DNA from: a virus
Length of the DNA: 64,000 bases
Strand: one strand, 5' to 3'
Virus record (IMG/VR): IMGVR_UViG_3300032156_000001
Location: 124,119-188,118 of that record
Below, one piece after another: positions 37,509-47,230 of this stretch. A model generated the notes under the pieces. The model did not search any database and had not been told where the DNA came from. It saw only the letters and a list, made by a program, of their open reading frames with translations. How positions within the stretch are numbered: position 1 is the stretch's first letter; the number at the start of each line of letters is the position of its first letter. Position numbers and translations under genes: made by a program.

Positions 37509-38432
37509 ATGAAGACCAAGATCCAGAACGCCACCCACGGCGCGTTGAACCTCGGGTTCGTCCCGCCGCACGGCGTCAGGCTGCCGCGCGGCGGCTCGCG
37601 CACGTTCGACGGCGGCCTGCGGACCGTCCTGGCTTCCGGCCTGAAACGGTATTCGCGGCAGAGGGAGCTGCGCGTCATGACCGAGGTCGAGGAGACGGGC
37701 ACCGTCGTGCTGACGGTCTGGCGCGGGAGCGAGGACCCGATCCTGATCCGGGACGGCTATTTCGTGATCGACGGCGGCCGGCTCGGCGGCCCCGCGTACG
37801 AATGGGACGACATCGAGGCGGCGGGCCTTCACGTGCCGGGATTCGACGACGACGAGGATTACGACGACGATACGTCGGACCTCATCGCCATGCCGTTCCC
37901 CTTCGACTTCTTCGGCTGGTCCTGCAGCGGGTTCAGGGTGTGCAGCAACGGGTTCATAGAGTTCGACAACGACGACGACGATTGCTGCAGCCAGTACCAG
38001 CTGCCTGACGTGTACTGCCCGCTGAACATGGCCGCGGCCTTCTTCGCCGACCTGTACCTGCGCGCCAACGTGTCCAAGGTGCGGTACAAAGTGCTCGGCA
38101 CGGCGCCGAACCGGAGGCTCGTCGTCACCTTTTTCAACGTGATCGGCTACTTCAAGACCGCCGACGACTTCACCTTCCAGATCACCGTGTACGAGGGCCC
38201 CTCCGGCGCCGTCCGCTGCCAGTACAAGAGGATGGCGCTCGGCCCCGTCGAAAGCCGCATCGATACCGGCCTGGTCATCGGGCTGAACAGCCAGACCGGG
38301 CTAGAGGGCATAACTTATCAGTTCATAAGCGAAGACGACGTGCAAAAGCTGGCCGATCTCGGATTGGACGAGGTGGTGGTCGGGTTCAGGAAGGTCGACC
38401 AGGTGTCGCCGTGGCCCAGGAAGGAGGGATGA
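37509..38432 (+). CDS. GYxPPHG module fused to an acidic nidogen(NIDO)-like extracellular domain
   Basis: N-terminus LGFVPPHG...DGGLRTVLASG.KRYSRQRE; C-terminus PFPFDFFG...VCSNGFIEF...AAFFADL...GTAPNRRLVV...FTFQITVYE. Confidence 0.6.
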   Translation: MKTKIQNATHGALNLGFVPPHGVRLPRGGSRTFDGGLRTVLASGLKRYSRQRELRVMTEVEETGTVVLTVWRGSEDPILIRDGYFVIDGGRLGGPAYEWDDIEAAGLHVPGFDDDEDYDDDTSDLIAMPFPFDFFGWSCSGFRVCSNGFIEFDNDDDDCCSQYQLPDVYCPLNMAAAFFADLYLRANVSKVRYKVLGTAPNRRLVVTFFNVIGYFKTADDFTFQITVYEGPSGAVRCQYKRMALGPVESRIDTGLVIGLNSQTGLEGITYQFISEDDVQKLADLGLDEVVVGFRKVDQVSPWPRKEG

Positions 38433-38433
38433 G

Positions 38434-38856
38434 GTGCCCGTAGACCCGCAGCTTGAGAAAGTCGTCGGCTACCTCGTCGCGACCGAGGAGAAGATCGCCG
38501 ACGGCACGTTCGCCAAAGGGCGGCGGCCGTGGCTGGACTTCGAGCCGGTGAAGAAGGCCGGCAAGTTCGACCTGGCCGCGCAGCATGAGATCTTCGACCG
38601 CTCGGCGTCGAACGACGCCTACGCCAACGCGCGGACGCAGCCGGACGCCAAGCTGAAGCAGGCGCAGACGGCGAAGCTGAGCATCGACCTTCTGGCCGGG
38701 ATGGAGCGCGACCACAAGATGCGGATCCGCAGCCGGGTGCGCATGCTGGTCCACGGCGGGGTGCGGGCGACGCACCACGGCGACGACGCCGGCCCTATCA
38801 GGCGGAACATGATCGACTGGCAGAGCAGGATCCTGAGCGAGCAGAAGGGGACGTAG
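38434..38856 (+). CDS. Hypothetical protein
   Basis: GTG start after GGAGGG; codon bias; position within the operon. Confidence 0.55.
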   Translation: MPVDPQLEKVVGYLVATEEKIADGTFAKGRRPWLDFEPVKKAGKFDLAAQHEIFDRSASNDAYANARTQPDAKLKQAQTAKLSIDLLAGMERDHKMRIRSRVRMLVHGGVRATHHGDDAGPIRRNMIDWQSRILSEQKGT

Positions 38857-38857
38857 C

Positions 38858-39331
38858 GTGGCCACTTCCGTGAACTACAGCGGCAGGAAGGTCGACATCC
38901 TGATCTTCCAGGGCGCGCAGCCGGCGGGGATGGTGCCGGTGACCCTCGGCTTCGGCGAGGCCGGCTTCCTCACCACGGGGATACAGAAGGTCGCGCAGAC
39001 GTTCGCCGTGTTCTTCCTGAACGACAAGGGGTCCGTGCCGGCGCAGCCGGACTACGGCACGTCGTTCATGCAGCAGTTCCGCCAGGGCTACCTGCAGGAC
39101 GAGTCGTCGGTGAAGTCGGCCTTCGCGTTCGCGTCGGACTCCGCCGTGCGCGCCATGCGGGCGCAGGCGGCAGCGGCGGACCTGCCGGCCGATGAGACGA
39201 TAAAGTCGGCGAGGCTGCTGGGTTACAGCCTCGACAAGGCGACCGGGAACTTGCAGTTGAGGGTGCAGCTGACGTCGGAGGCCGGGGCGACGAGGACGGT
39301 GTTCCTCCCCGTCCCGGTCACGATCAAGTAG
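38858..39331 (+). CDS. Baseplate wedge/sheath initiator (gp25/gpW-like)
   Basis: GIQKVAQTFAVFFLNDKGSVPAQPDYGTSF motif; 157 aa; precedes the baseplate J-like gene. Confidence 0.7.
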   Translation: MATSVNYSGRKVDILIFQGAQPAGMVPVTLGFGEAGFLTTGIQKVAQTFAVFFLNDKGSVPAQPDYGTSFMQQFRQGYLQDESSVKSAFAFASDSAVRAMRAQAAAADLPADETIKSARLLGYSLDKATGNLQLRVQLTSEAGATRTVFLPVPVTIK

Positions 39332-39339
39332 GAGCACGC

Positions 39340-40986
39340 ATGTCCACGGAACTGAATCCGGCGGATCTCGACCAGGAGGCCGTCGCGCAGGCGGAGGAGA
39401 CGCTTGCGTCCTGGCTGCAGACCGAGTACCCCTCCATGGACCTCACGCAGGGGCGCGTCCTGCGCGACCTCCTGATACGCCCGGCCGCCATCTTCCACGT
39501 CATGAACCAGACGGACGTCAACAGGCTGCGCCAGTCGATGTCGCTGCTGGCGATCGAGCAGGACCCGACGCTGGCCGACGACACTATCGTCGACGGCATC
39601 ATGTCGAACTACGGCATCGCCCGCGACCCTGGCTCGAAGGCCGCCGGGCAGGCCGTGATAGTGATACCCAACCTTCTCACCACGTACGTCGCGCCGGGGA
39701 CGGTGTTCGCGTACGGCTCCCTCAACTTCGTGACGGCGGGCCCGTTCGTCGGCGTCACGACGGTGGACGCGGTGATCGACCCGGCCGTGCAGCGGCTCAT
39801 CACGCTGCGCAGGGACCGGACGTACATGTTCGTCGTGGACGTCGTGGCGCAGGGGACGGGCTCGGAATACTGGGTGCGCAAGGACACCGCCTTCGACTCC
39901 GTGTCGCCGACGCCGACGGGCCTTGTCACCGCGTACGCCTACGCCGACTTCTCCGCCGGCACCGACGCGCAGACGAACGAGGACCTGGTCAACGAGGTCA
40001 AGAACGGCGTGGCCGCCAAGGTGTTCAGCGGCAGGGCGCAGATAGAGGCGCTGCTGCTGAAGACCCTGCCGGCGATAGCGGCGATCAGCATCATAGGGTT
40101 CGGCGACGCGGAGATGGTCCGCGACAGGCACAACATCTTCGCCATCAGCACCGGCGGCAAAGCTGACCTGTACGTGCGGACCCAGGCCGTGCCGCAGACG
40201 GTGCGGCTGGTCAAGACGGCCGTGCTGGTGGACCTGCCGACGAAGACGTGGCAAGTGACACTGGCCCGCGACGATGCGCCGGGCTTCTACGACATCGACT
40301 CGATCCTGCCCACGGACGCCCCCGAGGGCACCGGCAGCCTGGAGATCGGCTCCGAGACGCGCGGGCTGGACCTGTCGGCGCCGAACGATGAGTTCGTGCC
40401 TGACATAGACAGCCTGACCGAGGGCGGGTTCTCCCGCTACCAGACCGACGTCGTCAGGTTCGTCGATCCCGACACGGACGGCAGCGTGGCGGCGAAGGAT
40501 TACGCCGTCTACGTGCGGTACATGCCGAACCTGGTGGCGCTGCAGGACCTGGCGGTCAGCCGCGACAACCGGAACCCGCAGGCCGACTACCTGGTCCGCG
40601 CGCCGGTCCCGGGGTTCTGCACCATGAACATCACGGTGAGGCACCTGCCGTCGGTGGAGGCCCCCGACGGGGACGACATCAAGCTGGCCGTGGCCGACAG
40701 GGTCAACAGGCTGGGCTTCGGGCTCGGCAAGGTGTCGGCGTCGGTGGTCTTCGACGCCATCTACGACATCATCGGGCATGGGCCGTCCGTGATGGCCGTC
40801 TCGCCGCTGGACATGTTCTGCCGGATCGTGAAGCCGGCGGGCGGCGTGATCGACCTCCGGTCGGCGAACGAGCTGGTCGCGCCGTTCCTGCCGGCGGAGG
40901 GCGTGACCTCGAGGACGGTGGCGTTCTACCTGGACCCCGACGACGTGGACGTCGTCGTGGAGCAGGTCGACTCGCTGCCGGTGTGA
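39340..40986 (+). CDS. Baseplate J-like wedge protein (gp6/gpJ-like)
   Basis: DLTQGRVLRDLLIRP, GIARDPGSKAAGQAVI, GTDAQTNEDL, GGKADLYVR; follows the gp25-like gene. Confidence 0.75.
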   Translation: MSTELNPADLDQEAVAQAEETLASWLQTEYPSMDLTQGRVLRDLLIRPAAIFHVMNQTDVNRLRQSMSLLAIEQDPTLADDTIVDGIMSNYGIARDPGSKAAGQAVIVIPNLLTTYVAPGTVFAYGSLNFVTAGPFVGVTTVDAVIDPAVQRLITLRRDRTYMFVVDVVAQGTGSEYWVRKDTAFDSVSPTPTGLVTAYAYADFSAGTDAQTNEDLVNEVKNGVAAKVFSGRAQIEALLLKTLPAIAAISIIGFGDAEMVRDRHNIFAISTGGKADLYVRTQAVPQTVRLVKTAVLVDLPTKTWQVTLARDDAPGFYDIDSILPTDAPEGTGSLEIGSETRGLDLSAPNDEFVPDIDSLTEGGFSRYQTDVVRFVDPDTDGSVAAKDYAVYVRYMPNLVALQDLAVSRDNRNPQADYLVRAPVPGFCTMNITVRHLPSVEAPDGDDIKLAVADRVNRLGFGLGKVSASVVFDAIYDIIGHGPSVMAVSPLDMFCRIVKPAGGVIDLRSANELVAPFLPAEGVTSRTVAFYLDPDDVDVVVEQVDSLPV

Positions 40987-40993
40987 GGCGCGG

Positions 40994-41554
40994 ATGGGCA
41001 ATCCGATCAAGTGCTTTATGGTCGAGCGAACCCGCACGGTACGGATCTCGCTGCGACGCTACAAGGGCAGCGCGACGGGGGAGAAGTGCCCCGGCAAGTA
41101 CGGCTACCACGACGCCAGCAAGGTCGTGCGCGACGAGCCGTACGACAAGAACAACGAGGGCTACGGCGACCGGCCGGGCGGTCCGTTCCCGAAGGGCCAT
41201 CCCGACTGGCCGAAGAAGTGCGACTGGTGCCCGTACGAGTTCGCCGACGGCGATTCATGGCAGCTGGGCGGCGAGCGCCTGTATAAGAATTCGGAGACGG
41301 GCGAGCTGTTCACGCTGCGCAAGGCGCCCGTCGGCGCCATGTGGGACGCCTACTGGATGAGCCGTCGCGGCCCCGACGGCATCTGCCTGGTGGTGCAGAC
41401 GCCGGGCGGCGACTGGATGATAGACTACCCGGCGCGCGGCGTCGGCCAGCCGTGGCACCGAACGGGCGTCCCGCCAAAGGTGACGGCGGTTCCGTCGATC
41501 ATGATAGGCTCGTACCACGGCTGGCTGAGGGACGGTTTCCTGGTGGAGGCCTGA
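40994..41554 (+). CDS. Cys/His/Trp-rich small protein (C-terminus resembles DUF6527-type proteins)
   Basis: CPG..YH, KCDWC, WHRTGVPPKVTAVPSIMIGSYHGWLRDG. Confidence 0.5.
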   Translation: MGNPIKCFMVERTRTVRISLRRYKGSATGEKCPGKYGYHDASKVVRDEPYDKNNEGYGDRPGGPFPKGHPDWPKKCDWCPYEFADGDSWQLGGERLYKNSETGELFTLRKAPVGAMWDAYWMSRRGPDGICLVVQTPGGDWMIDYPARGVGQPWHRTGVPPKVTAVPSIMIGSYHGWLRDGFLVEA

Positions 41555-43032
41555 TGGCACAGTACCCGCCGGAAGACTTCGATCGCGGCCGGACGATGAT
41601 GCAGCAGCTCGGCTCGTTCTGGAACCTGATCTTCCAGGACGCCGACAGGCTGCAGGCGCACGTCCGTTCGTCCGGCAACGAACACGGCCAGACGTACCTC
41701 GACTTCCTCGAGGCCGTGGCCTGCGTGTCGCGTTTCAACGTGCCGGTCTTCCATGCGGAGAACTGGTACTTGCTGACGATCCGCAGGAGCGACACCAAGG
41801 CGGTCATGTCGATCTACCAGCCGGACGACCTCGTCTACGGGCCGCAGCCGGGCGGCGGCGCTCGCCCGGAGGGCTTCACCCAGGTGTACGGCGGCGAGGA
41901 CTGGCCCGGCTTCGTGCAGGCGGCGCTGCCGGACGATATGGTCGACGCGCCATACGCGCTACACAATCTGGTCGTCAACCCCAGCCTGACGCTGGCATAC
42001 GGCGTGGATTACGACGTGGACGGCGGGAAGAAGGCTATCCGGTTCCGCGACGACCCGTTCAACAACGCGCTGATCCCCAGCCGCGACATCGTCGATTCGG
42101 CCGGCAACGTGGTGGATACCGAGATAGCGCTGTGGGCCTACAAGGGCCAGTTCGACTTGGACTACGTCTACATGCAGTTCGGGTACGCGTTGGGCCTGAA
42201 GCTGGCCAGCAGCCAAGGCTACAAGGACCTGCTCAACGCCTTTTGGGACATGTACATGCAGGGCCCGTCGGTGGCCCTGCTGGGAGCGTTCCTGTCGGCC
42301 GTGTCCGGCACGCCAACGTGCCTCGAGGCGGCCGAGACGGTGGAGTTGGTGACGGCGAATGAGATCGAGAGGATCGTGGCGACCGACCAGCACGTCTACA
42401 GGTTCCCGCTGGGGGCGACGATCCTGGTGGCGGCTGGCGACGTCATCCATGCCGGGGAGGCCATTTCGGACGCTTTTCAGGTGAAGGAGCTCAGCGGCGC
42501 CGACTTCGACCTGAGCCTTCTTTCCGAGCTGGTCGTCTCGGGCAACATGGCTTCCGGCAACTTCGTGGCCCCGCTCGTGTTTGAGAACCGCGACGCCGCG
42601 CTGAACTACGTCGGCCTGGACCCCGACGGCAAGGCTATAGTGACCTTTGAGACATCCGGCATCCCGGCCGACGTGGCGACGTTCTGGGCGGCCGTTCACG
42701 CGCGCGGGAAGGCGGCCGGCAAGACCCTGGCGGAGTATCTGGACATCCGCGCCGACCCTGTCGGCGAGCCCGGCCCGGCCAGCCTGCCGGCCACGGTGAA
42801 CCCGGCGGAGTTCCTCATAGAAAACCTCATGCGGTCGAATCTTTTTATCCTCGTGCTGAGGGAATCGTCCTTCGGGCCGGGCGCGGTGGGCGCCGATTTG
42901 TGCCGTTTGTTGAGAGAGGTGTTGCCGCCGCATACGGCATACGTGACAATCCTGGAGCCGGTGTCGAGCTCGTCGTCAAGTTCGTCGTCGGGTAGCCCGA
43001 GCGGTTCGAGTTCCAGCGGCGGGCCGCTGTAA
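41554..43032 (+). CDS. Baseplate wedge protein (gpI/gp7-like) with a Ser-rich tail
   Basis: ATG at 41554 (TGATG); GPSVALLGAFLSAVSG...LLREVLPPHT pattern; lies after the J-like gene. Confidence 0.55.
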   Translation: MAQYPPEDFDRGRTMMQQLGSFWNLIFQDADRLQAHVRSSGNEHGQTYLDFLEAVACVSRFNVPVFHAENWYLLTIRRSDTKAVMSIYQPDDLVYGPQPGGGARPEGFTQVYGGEDWPGFVQAALPDDMVDAPYALHNLVVNPSLTLAYGVDYDVDGGKKAIRFRDDPFNNALIPSRDIVDSAGNVVDTEIALWAYKGQFDLDYVYMQFGYALGLKLASSQGYKDLLNAFWDMYMQGPSVALLGAFLSAVSGTPTCLEAAETVELVTANEIERIVATDQHVYRFPLGATILVAAGDVIHAGEAISDAFQVKELSGADFDLSLLSELVVSGNMASGNFVAPLVFENRDAALNYVGLDPDGKAIVTFETSGIPADVATFWAAVHARGKAAGKTLAEYLDIRADPVGEPGPASLPATVNPAEFLIENLMRSNLFILVLRESSFGPGAVGADLCRLLREVLPPHTAYVTILEPVSSSSSSSSSGSPSGSSSSGGPL

Positions 43033-43062
43033 GGCCGCAGCCGCGCTTGATGGAGTGAGAGA

Positions 43063-44919
43063 ATGGGCGGAATCACGCCGTGGCGGGGCACAGTGCACAA
43101 CGTCAGGGACGGCGAGCAGGTCCGGGCGTCGATAACGAACAGGCCCACCGGCGACCTGACGCAGCGGACCCAGCACCTGAAGGACCGGCTCGACCAGATG
43201 CAGGCCGGCGAGGCGGTGTTCGACCACGACGCGCCGATGGCCGCGTCCGTGCTGGTCGGCCAGCCGGTGTACTGGAACGCCGCCACGGGGCAGTACGAGC
43301 AGGCCTTCGCCGCCGTCGTGTACGACCCCGACCTCGACGCCTTCGTGCACGCGCCGAGCGCCTACGTGGCGGGCGTGTGCTTCGACAAGGCCGTCGCCAC
43401 CCGCGGCGACGTCTGCCTCAACGGCATGGCGCACGACATCGACTGGACCGATGCGATCGGCTCGCCTGGCACCACGGCCGCCGAGGCCGGCGCGTACTTC
43501 CTGTCGGGAACCGAGCCCGGCAAGATGGTCCGGGCGCGCCCGGGCATCGGCGTCCTGGTCGGATACCTCTACGGGCAGGCCGATGGCGAGTTCCGCGTCA
43601 ACCCGACGCCCAGCGACGTGCTCGACTCGCACGTCCACTACATCGTCAGGCTCTTCGCCCAGCCGTCCGGCCGCCTGGAATGCGTCGGCCATCGCGAGCA
43701 CTACGAATTCATCGAGGTCGACCCGGACATGCCGGGCTGGCTGCCCGTGGCGTACTTCGACCCCGCCATCGTCCCGCCGGGCGCGAAGTACGGCTACAAC
43801 CTCGCCGCCCACCCGGAGCTGCTGCGGGTCTGGCCGCCCATGCCGCCCACCGCGGGCGTGATAGAGACCGACGGGGTCGGCGTGCCGTCCAGCCGGTACA
43901 GCCTAGATAGCAACGGGCTGTGGTGGTACGAGGACTGCCAGGGTCTCGCTCCCTGGCCGGCCGATCCCAGGCCGTGCGGTTCGTCCTCCAGCTCGTCGAG
44001 CCCGTCCAGCTCGTCCAGCTCGTCCAGCGAGTCGTCCTCCTCGTCGCTGTGCGAGGAGCGCGCCGAGCTGGAGGAGCTCGGCTACGTGCGCCATCCGTCC
44101 CACGAGATGGAGATGGTGCTGTATTTCACGAAGATGCTGTTCGAGACCGACAACGCCGTGGTGACCAGCCTGCAGCCCGCCGACGGCTCGCCGATTACCG
44201 TCACGAACCTCGACGGCGAAGTGGCAACCAGGGGCGACCTGCAGCTCGACCTGGACCTGGCGCTCACCGTCGTGGAGGGCGACGATTCGTACAAGGCCCT
44301 CAAGGGCGTCAGCGGAATGGAGTTCGGCCGCGGCTACGTCGTGACGGCCCTGCGGCTGGGCCCGGGGCTGGTGTTCTCGCCGACCGCCGGAAAGGGCACG
44401 CGGCTGCCGGACGGCAGGTACGTCGGCGAGCTCACCGCCGGCGTCGATCCGACGCTCGGCGGGGCCGGCGGCGCGGAGCTGGTGGCGCTCAACGGCGTCA
44501 GGGAGGACTCGTACCAGGACGTCTTCTATCTCGGCATGCCGCAGAACGTCGTCTCGTCCATGCGCGTCAGGCTCGATATCTCCAACGTCGGCGTGCCTTC
44601 CGTCATGTACATCCGGCTGTGGACGTGGCTGCTGGCGCGGGTGGCGGGCACGCTGCCCGACCTGGCCATCACCGGGCGGGTGCTGCCCAACCCGTCGGAC
44701 ATCTGCGTCGCGGAGGCCCTGCCGGTCACCGACGATATCTCGCTGGAGTTGGCCGCCAGCGGCTGCGGTTCGCTGGATCCCAACGAGTACGTCAAGGTGG
44801 AGACGGTGCCGTTCGAGGTCCACCCCGGCGAAACGGTGTTCCTGACCGTCCAGCGCAGCTCCCCCGACGGGTTCAACGGCGACGTGGGGGTCCTGAGGCT
44901 CGGCTTTAGCGCGGAGTAG
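43063..44919 (+). CDS. Baseplate/tail-fibre attachment protein with internal poly-Ser
   Basis: VRDGEQVRASITNRPTGDLTQRTQHLK N-terminus typical of fibre-base proteins; 618 aa. Confidence 0.55.
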   Translation: MGGITPWRGTVHNVRDGEQVRASITNRPTGDLTQRTQHLKDRLDQMQAGEAVFDHDAPMAASVLVGQPVYWNAATGQYEQAFAAVVYDPDLDAFVHAPSAYVAGVCFDKAVATRGDVCLNGMAHDIDWTDAIGSPGTTAAEAGAYFLSGTEPGKMVRARPGIGVLVGYLYGQADGEFRVNPTPSDVLDSHVHYIVRLFAQPSGRLECVGHREHYEFIEVDPDMPGWLPVAYFDPAIVPPGAKYGYNLAAHPELLRVWPPMPPTAGVIETDGVGVPSSRYSLDSNGLWWYEDCQGLAPWPADPRPCGSSSSSSSPSSSSSSSSESSSSSLCEERAELEELGYVRHPSHEMEMVLYFTKMLFETDNAVVTSLQPADGSPITVTNLDGEVATRGDLQLDLDLALTVVEGDDSYKALKGVSGMEFGRGYVVTALRLGPGLVFSPTAGKGTRLPDGRYVGELTAGVDPTLGGAGGAELVALNGVREDSYQDVFYLGMPQNVVSSMRVRLDISNVGVPSVMYIRLWTWLLARVAGTLPDLAITGRVLPNPSDICVAEALPVTDDISLELAASGCGSLDPNEYVKVETVPFEVHPGETVFLTVQRSSPDGFNGDVGVLRLGFSAE

Positions 44920-44922
44920 ACC

Positions 44923-45840
44923 ATGCCGACTTACGGCGGCCTCTGGGACGTCGATTGGCTCAGCGCCAACTCGCAGCGGAGGTATCCCTTCCACGACGAG
45001 GCTAGCCTCCGCGACGCTTCCGACAGCGTCACGCTGCCTAACGACTTCGTCGTGGACCTGGTCTGGCCGGTCCACTACGACGTCGGCCTCGACCCGACGC
45101 TGTTCCACCTGCTGTCCATAAGCGTCTTCGGCACCGGCGTGACGGTGACGCTCGGCTACGACGGCGCCGCGGTCGGCAGCGTCACGATCGACTTCGCCAC
45201 CTTCGTCAGGTTCGGCACGTACGTCGTCGCCGGCACGGGAATCTGCTTCGACACCGTCGGCAAGATAACGATAGGCTCGATAGACAACGCCAGGCTGCTG
45301 GCCGGGACGTACTCGTTCTCCGTCGCCAACGGCAGGCTGGTCCCCGCGGCGGTCAGGCCGGACATACGCGGCGTCAGCTCCATCGTGCTCCAGAACGGCG
45401 AGGACCTGAGCGACCCCCTGCAGGGCAACGTGATCCTGAGGGCGGGGCGCAACATAGAGCTGAACATGGTGCCGGGCGCGGGCCCGTTCGACCCCAGCAT
45501 CATCTACATCAGCGCCATCTCCGGCGCGGGCCTCAACGTCGGCTGCGACTGCGGCGAGGCCGCCGACCTGCCGTGCATAAAGACGATCAACGGCGAGGGG
45601 CCCGACGAGTACGGGAACTTCGACCTGCTGGAGAGCGAGTGCCTGAAGCTGACGGCCATAGCGAACGGGCTCCAGCTGACGGACGACTGCTCGCACCCGT
45701 GCTGCGGCTGCGACGAGCTGAACGTGGTGCTGCAGGCCGCCGAGACCATGAAGGCGCAGATCAACAGTCTTGAGCAGCTGGCGAACCGCATCGAGATCGC
45801 CATGGGCACGCTCAGCTTCAACCTGTTGGCGTCGAGGTGA
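44923..45840 (+). CDS. Baseplate/fibre paralog family, member 1
   Basis: DWLSANSQRRYPF start; IKTINGEGPDEYGNF; DDCSHPCCGC followed by coiled coil. Confidence 0.6.
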   Translation: MPTYGGLWDVDWLSANSQRRYPFHDEASLRDASDSVTLPNDFVVDLVWPVHYDVGLDPTLFHLLSISVFGTGVTVTLGYDGAAVGSVTIDFATFVRFGTYVVAGTGICFDTVGKITIGSIDNARLLAGTYSFSVANGRLVPAAVRPDIRGVSSIVLQNGEDLSDPLQGNVILRAGRNIELNMVPGAGPFDPSIIYISAISGAGLNVGCDCGEAADLPCIKTINGEGPDEYGNFDLLESECLKLTAIANGLQLTDDCSHPCCGCDELNVVLQAAETMKAQINSLEQLANRIEIAMGTLSFNLLASR

Positions 45841-45843
45841 TGG

Positions 45844-47229
45844 GTGCCTGAATTTGAATACTACGCATCCAACGCCAAGGTCGCGTACCCGTTCCTGGGA
45901 CCGCTCGCCGGGGACGCGCACAAGGCCTTCGTGGACGCCGCCGTCTGCCACAGCGGCGAGCGGGCCAACGCCGGCCGGCTGCGGATAGACACGCTCGACC
46001 TGGGCACCGGCGAACTCAAGCTGGTCTTCGAGGACGGCACGACCCTGTGCGACATCGTCGGCACGTCCGGCGTGCACGACTTCGGCTCCTACCGCATCTT
46101 TGAATGGCGGCACGTCGACGACGGCGCGGTGCCTTACGTCGGCGCTGAGGTCCTGGCCCGGCTCGTGATGCGCATCGATGCCATCGGAACGTTCCCCGTG
46201 CCGTGGACGCCCGCCGGCGCATGGCTGGTCCCCTCCACGGTCGTGCCGCGGGTGGGCAGGTTGCGCCAGTTCGGCGTCGGCATCCCCGCCGGCATAGTGG
46301 TGCACGACAGGAAGTTCGTCCTGGCCGCCGACCACAACATCAAGCTGTCCGCCGCCGTGCAGGCGGGCGGGCGCGACACCACCGTCGTCACGATCGAGGC
46401 GGTGGCCGGCGAGGGCACTGGAAAGTATTCGGAGTGCATGGAAGGCGACGACATCAAGACCATCAACAACGTCGGTCCCGACGTCAAGGGCTATTTCCGG
46501 TTCGAGGGCGAGCGCTGCACGTGGATGGAACGGCCGCTGTTCGGCGACAGGGATTGGGCGCACCCGCATCACACTTTGTTCCCGCCGGTCCATCCGGGCA
46601 CCGACTACCTGTCGCGCCTGGAGCCGAACTGCCTGCGGCTGCACTCCGACTGCAAGGTGTGCTGCGACTGCGACGACTACAAGGAGGCCTACGAGGCGCT
46701 GTACCGGCTGTGGACGCGGGCGCTCGCCGCGAGTCGCAGGATCGAGCTGATCCGCCGGCGCTACCAGGAGCTTGCCGCCGAGGCCTGGCACAAGGTCGGC
46801 GGATTCGCGAAGGAGGTGGTGCTTACCGTCAAGTTGGTCTCGCGGCCTGGCTACAACGTCGGCGTGGCTGTGGCGGTCACGAACCGGTCGCGGTTCGACT
46901 TCACCTCCACGTCTCTGCAGTTCATCCTTCTGCCCGCCGACTGGAAGGTCACCGACGATTCCGGCATCATGGAACTGACCGCCATCACGACGGGCACGTT
47001 CCACGCGGTCCAGCGGGTCAGGCCCAGCGTCGTGGGCAACCTGGCGTACGTGAACATACCGTACATGCCTAGCGGATCGACGGCGAACTATTCGTTCGAG
47101 ATATACTGGGAGCGCGGCGCGCCGCGGGTCGGCAGCATGGTGTCGGCCACGGCGCGGGTGTTCTCGCGCTCGGGGATAGAGGTGGCGCAGGACAGCATAG
47201 AGATGAAGGCGCCGGCGAAGAAAACGTGA
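45844..47229 (+). CDS. Baseplate/fibre paralog family, member 2
   Basis: EYYASNAKVAYPF; IKTINNVGPDVKG; DCKVCCDC followed by coiled coil. Confidence 0.6.
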   Translation: MPEFEYYASNAKVAYPFLGPLAGDAHKAFVDAAVCHSGERANAGRLRIDTLDLGTGELKLVFEDGTTLCDIVGTSGVHDFGSYRIFEWRHVDDGAVPYVGAEVLARLVMRIDAIGTFPVPWTPAGAWLVPSTVVPRVGRLRQFGVGIPAGIVVHDRKFVLAADHNIKLSAAVQAGGRDTTVVTIEAVAGEGTGKYSECMEGDDIKTINNVGPDVKGYFRFEGERCTWMERPLFGDRDWAHPHHTLFPPVHPGTDYLSRLEPNCLRLHSDCKVCCDCDDYKEAYEALYRLWTRALAASRRIELIRRRYQELAAEAWHKVGGFAKEVVLTVKLVSRPGYNVGVAVAVTNRSRFDFTSTSLQFILLPADWKVTDDSGIMELTAITTGTFHAVQRVRPSVVGNLAYVNIPYMPSGSTANYSFEIYWERGAPRVGSMVSATARVFSRSGIEVAQDSIEMKAPAKKT

Positions 47230-47230
47230 C

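Noticed and set aside
25538-43032. Tailocin, eCIS or T6SS locus
   Set aside because: Capsid, prohead protease and neck genes are present in the same operon, indicating a complete phage.
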